Shown: piece by piece, positions 34,274 through 41,871 of the stretch
Layout: each line of letters opens with the position of its first letter
How positions within the stretch are numbered: position 1 is the first letter of the stretch
Assembly (NCBI GenBank): GCA_002269645.1
Contig: NIVC01000156.1
Coordinates: forward strand, 1-41,871
DNA from: Macrostomum lignano
Lineage: Eukaryota
Direction of reading: 5' to 3'
DNA length: 41,871 nucleotides
Program-made: the position numbers and the translations under genes
The notes under the pieces: model-generated
What the model saw: the letters and a program-made list of their open reading frames with translations, nothing else
The model's database searches: none
Told to the model about the DNA's origin: nothing

Positions 34274-37200
34274 ATGTGCGCAATTTGCTTGCATGCAATG
34301 TCAATGAGAAATGATTCCGCCAGATTACACACTCAACTGCTGTGCCCTCACAAGCAACATCGCAAAGTTAAGCTAATAGAGTAAGCCGGGTCAAGAGGGC
34401 TATGTGAGAAATTTAGAGAAAGCCGACTCAAAACTATGAGAAGATTGTTGTGCACAACGAGTTTGGCTGAGTTGGAAAAATGAATTTTTCGCTCTTCCAA
34501 TGGTTAGAAATGAAATTAGCTGGATGGCCATGTTTGCCAAGGCAGGGCTTCGGGCCTCCTGCGTACAGCCGTCTCTCTACTAGATGCATGGTAGGGCCAG
34601 AGAGAGCTCTGCCAGTCTCGAACAATGGATGGAGACCTGGTGAGAGATGAATAGTGTTTGAGAACATTGTGGGGAGACTGGCTAGGAAAGACGGTCGTTG
34701 AGTAGTGCCCCCTGGCTAGCTCTGAAGGGGCGATGAGGCGGTTGTCGCAGCTGTTCTCAGGTACAAATGGTTTTGCAGAATTCGCCGCGAGCCGAAAATC
34801 TTTTTCAAGAGAGGCCAGTAGCCCTTATTTTCTTGAAATAAAGGCGTTTTATTATTAGCATGAAGTGGAGAGGAAGCTGAGCGGCCCATAGACACTTTCC
34901 CAGCGCTTTAGATTTGTAAGATTTTTACAAATGCTGCTTATATTTTTATTAATAACTTGATAATGTAGGTGAAGAGTAAGTTACTGAGTTATCCATAATT
35001 ATCATTATTTCTTCCATCGAATTTCGCGCAGCTATCCGAGGTCCTTCCTGACCAAGCAGCCGCCGGTGCAGCGACCGTCACAAGCGACGTCGCAGTTCGA
35101 GACTACCTGCTCGACTGGTGCAGCAAGTCTCTGAGCGACTACCCCGACCTGCGGCTGGACAATTTCTCAGCCTGCTGGTCGGACGGGAGAGCGTTTCTCT
35201 ACTTAATTCATCGGTTCAGGTGAGTCGTGAATAGGTTTACACGACCAGGTGAGCTTTACGTACAGCTCTATTATCGATAACGCTTGAGTGCAGGTTGGGT
35301 GTGTGCTAATTCTAGTGCCTGTAAAATAATTACAATTAGTTTTCATTTGGCGCAATACTATTTTTACAATAATATCTTTTTATTTCCATCTGTAGAATTG
35401 TAGAATATAATATCCTGGAAAAAGTCAATTTTAGAGGACATCCAATGTCAGTAATTAAGCACACCGATACGTAAGCGGGCACACGCTCCTACAGGGTGTA
35501 CAGCGGGTCTTGACTTTCTCAGATTGTCAGGGCATGTACGCACTCACCGCCTTATTAGGGAAGGCCCTAGGAAGGCTAATTTTCGCGCGCTCGAACCCCA
35601 AACTGGTGTGACCCAGATAATCAGGTTCATTAGCGCGAAAGTCGGACGAGTTACAGCTGAGCTACTTAGGCTCCCCATCAGCATCCGCTTACCATCGAAT
35701 CAACCACAGTTGCACTTCTCACTCCCAGGCCGAACCTGGTGGATCCCAGCCGCATCCCAGCCATGTCAGCTGAGGAGCGGCTCAGGCTCGCATTCGCGCT
35801 CAACGAGCGGCACCTGGGCGTGAGCAGCCTGCTCGACCCGGAGGATGTCAACATGCCAGAGCCGGACGAGCGCAGCCTCATCACCTATGTGTCCTCCATT
35901 TACGACGTAGTGGCGGAGCACAGGACGCCTCAGCAGCGGCAGCGACAGCCGCTCGGCGCTGCGAGCGGCGCATCGATAGGCGACAGCAGCTGGGAGGAGT
36001 ACCGGCGCAGCGCGCTGGAGCTGCTTACCTGGCTGCGCCAGTCAACCTCGTCTGCCGATTTAGTCGGCCGCGACCTGACCAGCGGCTTGTCGCAGATGCG
36101 AGCCATCGCCGAACGCTTTGAGGCGCAGCACAGAGCCGACGCCGAGCAGCGGATGGCTCAGAAGTCTGCTCTGGTTCGTCGCTACGACGAGCTTCTATCA
36201 GGCGTCGGCAATGTCGGCAGCGTCCGCATCGAGCCGGAGCTTCGCCCGGACCAGCTGGAGCGCGCCTGGGAGCGCTACAACCTGGCGGTGAACGAACGCG
36301 AGCGAGCGCTGCAGCAGCGAATCGCCAAACTCGAGCGGCTCTACAAGCTCGGCGACAGCGTCCGCAACGAGGCCTCAGAAGCGGAAGCTCAGGTCCGGGC
36401 GATCGCGTCGGAGCTGCAAAGCCTGTCGCCAGACGCACATCCGATGGACGCCGAGAGGGCTCTCCGCGGCTTGACTTCCGGCCTGTCCGAGGTCGGTCAG
36501 CGCGTTGACAAACTGTTCAACCAGGTGCAGGAGCTGCGCGAAGAGCAGTACAGCCAGGCTGAGCACCTGTACCACCGCCTGTGCAGCCTGCACCTGTCTT
36601 ACTTGGACCTGAACCGCCAGGTGGACTCGGCATCCGCGAAGCGGGCCAGCCGGGCCGGGTCCAGCACCAGCCAGCAGTTCCGCCGGCACGCTGAGCAGCT
36701 GCTGCAGCAGGGCTCGACCTCAGCCGGAGGAGTCGGCAGCGGATTCTACGACGAGGTGGCGAGCGTCAGCCAGGCGTTCTCCTCGTCGCCGGCCTACGCG
36801 GACCTCCGCCGCTGCATGGCGTGGATTCGTCAGCGGGAGGAGCAGCTGCGCAGATCGCAGCAGCCGCCAGCTGGCGCGGACGTTGCCGCGGTGCACGACA
36901 TCGCCGAGCTGCTTCGTCGACTAAGCGCTTCGGTTATTCAGCAGCGCGCGCAAATTGACGCCTGCGAAAGCGCTCGGGCCGGCCTGTCGGCTGGCGAGGA
37001 GCGCGAGACCTTTGACCGACTGCTGGGCGAGCTGGACGCGGCCTACAGGGCGCTGCTGCAGGCGGCCAACCGGAGGCTGGCCGAGACCGAAGAGCTGCTG
37101 GCCTTCATGGAGAGCGCCGAGGCCGAAGTGGCCTGGCTGGCCGAAAAGGAGTCCGAAGTCCTTGGACACGATTGGGGCTCGTCTGGATTGGACACCGACG

Positions 37201-40200
37201 ATGTGGAGATCTACTTTAAGGTAGGAAATTGGAAAAATTTAGCATTAAAATGGTTTTTATCGATGAGCATTTTAACTCCGATTGCTATGAAGTACATGGC
37301 CTCGCTTTGCATGCGGAAACTCTATTATAACAAAATATCTGGAATTAAGAACTTGGAAACCCTTCAAAAGATAATTCAATTGTTTTTTAAATGGTTTTAT
37401 CTTTCATTCTAGAGCTGCTACAATCGATTACAGGTATATTTTATTATATAAAACATCCGGTTTGTTTATGTTTAAAAATGTGCTTTTCGAATACAGTGTC
37501 GTGTTGTCGAGCAGTATTTCCACACTGTATATCCCTGTGTTAGACTCTTGATTTTTTCACTTACAATCACTTTAAATTTTGTCTCGTGTGCACTTTATCA
37601 CTGTTTCACAGGCTTTTGGTGTTAGACTCAAAGTTAGATTCCATATATTACCACAGGAACTTTGTGTTGTACTCTTATTGTACTGCTCACTCACACGTGT
37701 CCCTCTCTGGTAGTCGGTGCACTTTGATGTGAATAAAGTTATTGAGATGATGGTACTGTTGCCTTTCTGTCACCTTTACAGACAGGTTTTCGATCTGTTT
37801 TCACCTGTTCAAGACAGGGTTGATCACCTGTGGTAAACAAGACTGATTCCTTGTTAAATACAGGGTTTATCCTATTAAAGACAGGTTTAATCACCTTTTG
37901 AAGACAAGGTTGATCGTTTAATAAAGACAGTGTTAATACTATTAAAGACAGGGTGATCACCTGCTTAATATGGGGTTGATCACCTGTTCAGGACACGGTT
38001 GATCACCTGTTCAAGATAGGGTTGATCACCTGTTCAAGATAGGGTTGATCACCTGTTCAAGATAGAGCTGATCACCTGTTCAAGATAGGGTTGATCACCT
38101 GTTCAAGATAGAGTTGATCACCTGTTTGATACAGGGTTGATCATCTGTTTAATATAGGGTTGATCACCTGCTTAATATGGGGTTGATCACCTGTTGTCAA
38201 AACTTGCAACTCGATAGGCTGAGTTTCCTACCTGTTACGATTCAACCATTATCACTAATAACACCCGACTTCAATGATCGATTTCCCTTGCAGAAGCTGA
38301 TGGAGAGCCTGGAGAGCCGGGAGGACCGCTTCAATGCCGTCATCAACCAGGGCGCCGAAATGCGCAGGCGCGGTCACCCGGCTGAGGCCACGGTTCACGA
38401 GACCGCGGCCAGGATGGAGCAGCAGTGGACTTGGTTTTTAAGCCTTACCAATTGTTTAGAGCATCACCTGGAGATGGCGGTCCGCTCAGGCCAGTTCTTC
38501 GCTATCGCCCAAGAGCTCAACGATTGGACAGAGCAGGCGCAGCGGCAGCTCAGCTCCGAGTTTCTGCTGTACGAGGAGCAGGGCAGCGAAGAGGGCCAGG
38601 CGCTGCTCAGGTCGCTGCGGTCCACCCGCGACCAGTTGTTGCAGAAGTCGGCGGAACTCGAACACTTGAACGGCGAGGCGGCACACCTGGCCCCGGTGCC
38701 GATCAAACGAAATCAGCGCTATTTATCGATGACAGGCTTGGACGGAGCTCGGACTCTGTGCAGTTACCAGCATCTGGCCCAGGGCGAGCCGCTGGTGCTG
38801 CTGGACTCCAGCGGACCGAAGTGTCTGGCTAGGCCACGCGAGGGTCCGCCAGTCTGGCTGCCGGCGCTGTGTGTTCGGCTGTCCGGCCCGTGCCCCGAGG
38901 CCTGCGACGCTGCCAAAAAGTTGAGCCTCAAGTTTCAGCATCTGGAAAAGTGAGCTTCCTTTTCATCGTACTGTTTATTTGCATGGTTGAGTGTAGTTAA
39001 CTGGTACTAGAATGAAATAGAGACTTTATTACGGTAAAGTATGGCGTTGGAACCGCAGAGGGTCGAGCTTGGATCCACATGGTGTTGGGACACAGCGAAT
39101 TTTCTAGGAAGCAACCTACTGAATCATACCATGTATAAAACCAATGAAAAAAACCACAGACTACTGCAACACCGCGAGCTCCGCCTCCGAGAGCAGCTGG
39201 TCCGATCGAGCATGACCACCCTGCTCCAGCAGTCCCAGGAAGAGCTCGCCTCGCTATCGCTGGAGCACCGGCGGGCAGTTCTGGACTCGCTGAACCAAGA
39301 CGCGGGCAAACTACTGCTCGACATGAAGGTTGCCGGCATCGCTCCGCTTGATAGTCAAACTTTCCACGCCGACCTCGACGCCTGCAACGACGCGTTCTTC
39401 CGGTTGGCTCGCGGCGCCGGAAGATTCGCCGACTCGGGACGATTGCAGGTGAGCGACTATTGCACTCTGTCCGATTTAAATAACGTTCTATATCTCCGTA
39501 AGATATTCTTACACCCTTAGTGACAGGTGTCAAGTGATTGTGTTACATGTAGACCACTAACTGGTTACTGATTTGGATAAATACAATATTTTTATGAATT
39601 GTGAGAGACTGACTGACTGGGTGATACACGTAGTTACTCACAAGAACTTTTAAAATACTTAGCCCAAGCTCTAAATAGAGTATCTATATGCCTACGTACA
39701 CACTCGCAGGAGGAGCTAGAACTTTTGGACTCTAAATTGGCCAATTTTGAGACACGGATGCTCGCTCTGACTTCTGCTGGCGGTCCGAACGATCTCGCTT
39801 CGCTAGAGGCGGCCGTGACTGAGCAGGACTCGCTGGAGTCCAAGCTGAGTGGCCTGGAATGGGAGATGAACTACCTGAGACAGAGGCTGCAACAGGAGCT
39901 CGGTGTTGTCCCGGACTCCTTTCAGCTGCTCGAGAGACGGCGAGGCAGTGTGTGGGATGTCGCCCAGGAGCAAGTCAGACGTCTCCAGGCGGCTAGGGAC
40001 TTTTTCGCTCAGCTGGAGAGCGTCGCCTCGAGCCTGACTCGGGTGGAGGAGCTGCTGGCTGAGAGTCGAGTCTTTCCAGTTCGAGAATCCGAACTGCAGA
40101 GGCACCTGGCGAGTCTGAGGGTAAGTAGTGCTGCTTCTGGCGTATGGACGGTTAGCTTTGTTGGAGTCTTTCTCTTCTATCTGTCTATCCATATTTCTAT

Positions 40201-41871
40201 AACTCTACACTATTAACTCTAGGCTATAATTCGTCTCCAATTCTTTCCTCATAACCGTAGAACGTTCAGCAGCTTCTAGAATCGGCCAAGTCGGATCTGG
40301 AGCAAGCCGAGGCCGCTGCTCAGCTGAGCAAGCTGACCGCGACCCGCCGCAGAGAGATGGCGCCGACTCAGCGACGTTGCGGAGCAGCGGCTCGCCCTGC
40401 TGGACCATTGCGCCGGCCAGTTCGACGCCTACATGCGCCTGGCGAAGCAGTTCTCCGTGTGGCTGGCCGGCTGTCACCACCGCTTGCAGTCAGCGCCGTC
40501 CGCGGACGCCAACGCGATCGTGGAAGTCGGCAGATCGCGCCGAGCAGGGCGGGCGCGGATCTTGCCGGACTCAAACGCGACTGGCACAGAGTTGATCGAA
40601 GTAGCTCGAACCTACGACTTTGCTGGCAGAGGCGGCAGCGGCAGCTCCGGCAGCGAAGGTGGCGCCGAGCAGCTCCAGGAGGAGCTTGCTAGACTCAACG
40701 GAGATTTTCAAAAGCTGGTCGCTTTGCTTGAGCACCGGCAGCAGGTATTGCAAGCGTCCAAGCATGAGAGCTTAAGCCTAGCTAACGCCAGTTTAAACAA
40801 CAGCAACGTCGGCAGTAGCGGTGGAAGCGAAAGCGACTACCAGCAGTTGCTGCCTAAGCGTGCAATTCTAACTAACACTCCTAGTCCAGTGCTTGATGTG
40901 CCTAACCATTTTGCTGTTGCTTCTCCAATCAGACATAATCGCGACGGCTGGTCCGTTGCTGATTTCACTGCAGCTGATGAGGCAGTTCAGGAGGCCGGCA
41001 CTAGCGTTCTAGTCAGCAGTGAGAGAGCGCTTCCGCTAACCCAGTTGCGCAGCCCAGTGCAGCTCACGGCGAGTACGACTGTTTCTCCGGTTTCTATGGC
41101 GACTGTACAGGCAGCCCCGGCCCTGGTCTCGCGCAGATCCGGCCCAATCGATCGGAGCGACTTGGCTGGCGGGGAAGATCCGATTAAGCTCCCCCGGTCA
41201 GAGGAGCAGCACTCACTCGCGGAGTGGGGGCTGGGCGGCGGGCAGAGACAGCAACTGTCCCTATAAGCCAAGGTAGCAAATCGATTGCCAGGCCAGGGGA
41301 ACTTTCGCGGCAGCCGAGAGAGACCAGCCGCGCAACAGGGACAATCCCAAGCTGCAGCAATGGCGGCTGCACTTGCAGAGCAGCAGCAGCAGCAATCACA
41401 GCACAGAAAACGGCGACTCAGCAATGAAGACAAAGACGAAAGCGAAGAGACACTGCGAAAGCAGACACAGAAAGAGCAGCAGCAGAAGCAAGGGCAGCAA
41501 ATGAAAGCTTTGCGCATCGACACATCTCCTGAAGCTACTTCAATTTCGGCTGCTGCTTCAAGACCGGCTGCAACTGCGCCAACGCTGAACGAACTGCTTA
41601 CTCGAGGCCTCGTCGACGAGACCTCTGGACTGCTGGTGCTCCCGCTTCCCGGTGCGCCATTCACAATTGCTGAGGCGCTGAACCGGGGTCTCATTGACGC
41701 CCAGTTGTCGACCATAGTCGACCCCGACACTGGCGCTCAGGTGCCACTGAACCGAGCTATTGCCACTTGTCTGCTGAAATCCCGAATCCGGCAGCGTGAG
41801 GTGTCGCAGCAGCGGACAAAATTTAACCTTTGCCGACGCTGTTTTAAGAGGGCCTGCTGCCTGAGGAAACT
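26961..41871 (+). CDS. MACF1: Spectraplakin/plectin-family cytolinker (shot/MACF1/dystonin/VAB-10-like), 5' part, truncated by the window end
   Basis: Exons 26961-27072 (..[12 protein letters not shown]), 29928-29989 ([21 protein letters not shown]), 30072-30161, 30250-30330, 30441-30533 ([26 protein letters not shown]), 35032-35219, 35729-37220 ([26 protein letters not shown]), 38294-38949 (SH3-like), 39160-39448, 39710-40120, 40261 onward. CH1-CH2, plakin spectrin repeats, and plectin repeats ([16 protein letters not shown]) near 41590-41871. The first 10 exons join in frame (1158 codons). The symbol is family-level only; the last exon has frame disruptions. Confidence 0.88.
28381..28720. 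repeat. 31-bp minisatellite (CAGTACCGCATCTTAGTCACTTCAGGTCCTT), about 11 copies, plakin intron 1
   Basis: Period 31 (GCATCTT at 28413 and 28444). Confidence 0.94.
29368..29575. repeat. 23-bp minisatellite (GGGTAGTTTTCACCTGTTAGACA), about 9 copies, plakin intron 1
   Basis: Direct reading. Confidence 0.94.
30604..30872. mobile_element. Possible MITE-like element containing a 15-bp tandem repeat (GCTGGCGCCCCTGGT, about 5 copies)
   Basis: Left end CAGTGGCGTAGC, imperfect inverted right end GCTCACGCCCTG. The repeat at 30686-30752 is certain; the element boundaries are inferred. Confidence 0.3.
31860..33335. repeat. 23-bp satellite (ATGACCAATCTAGATTCTTGTCT), about 63 copies, plakin intron 5
   Basis: Period 23 (ATGACC at 31989 and 32012). 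Confidence 0.96.
34173..34272. repeat. (CT)n microsatellite
   Basis: Direct reading. Confidence 0.97.
37760..38210. repeat. 23-bp minisatellite (GGGTTGATCACCTGTTCAAGATA), plakin intron 7
   Basis: Regular from about 37950, degenerate upstream. Confidence 0.9.

Noticed and set aside
35524-35625. Possible mutually exclusive CH2 exon ([16 protein letters not shown] vaguely like AFSVAERDLGVTRLL)
   Set aside because: The nearby acceptor (35530) has the wrong phase for the phase-2 donor at 35219 and gives a stop; the similarity is weak.
36025-41730. Long minus-strand ORFs opposite plakin exons (and similar ones opposite WDR3 and SLC6)
   Set aside because: Antisense shadows of GC-rich coding sequence, with no independent signals.

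Overview
Eukaryotic (metazoan) genomic DNA with GC-rich exons, AT-rich spacers and introns packed with tandem repeats. The style suggests a free-living flatworm such as Macrostomum, but that is inference. Four multi-exon genes can be assembled by hand with consistent GT-AG phases: WDR3/Utp12 (+, 7 exons, about 983 aa); a DAT-like SLC6 monoamine transporter (-, 11 exons, about 679 aa); SURF2 (-, 3 exons, about 251 aa); and the 5' part of a spectraplakin/plectin-family gene (+, CH1-CH2, plakin/SH3, first plectin repeats) that runs off the window and carries several apparent 1-nt indels and a stop in the last 1.6 kb. There is also a small candidate TM + PPxY ORF, a tRNA-derived CORE-like SINE and about 20 micro/minisatellite arrays. 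Most long ORFs in the supplied track are repeat or antisense artefacts. I found no prokaryote-type system. The best leads are intronic repeats built from splicing signals, unusual gate residues in the transporter, candidate alternative plakin 5' exons, and a possible hidden spliced transcript at 19-20.5 kb.
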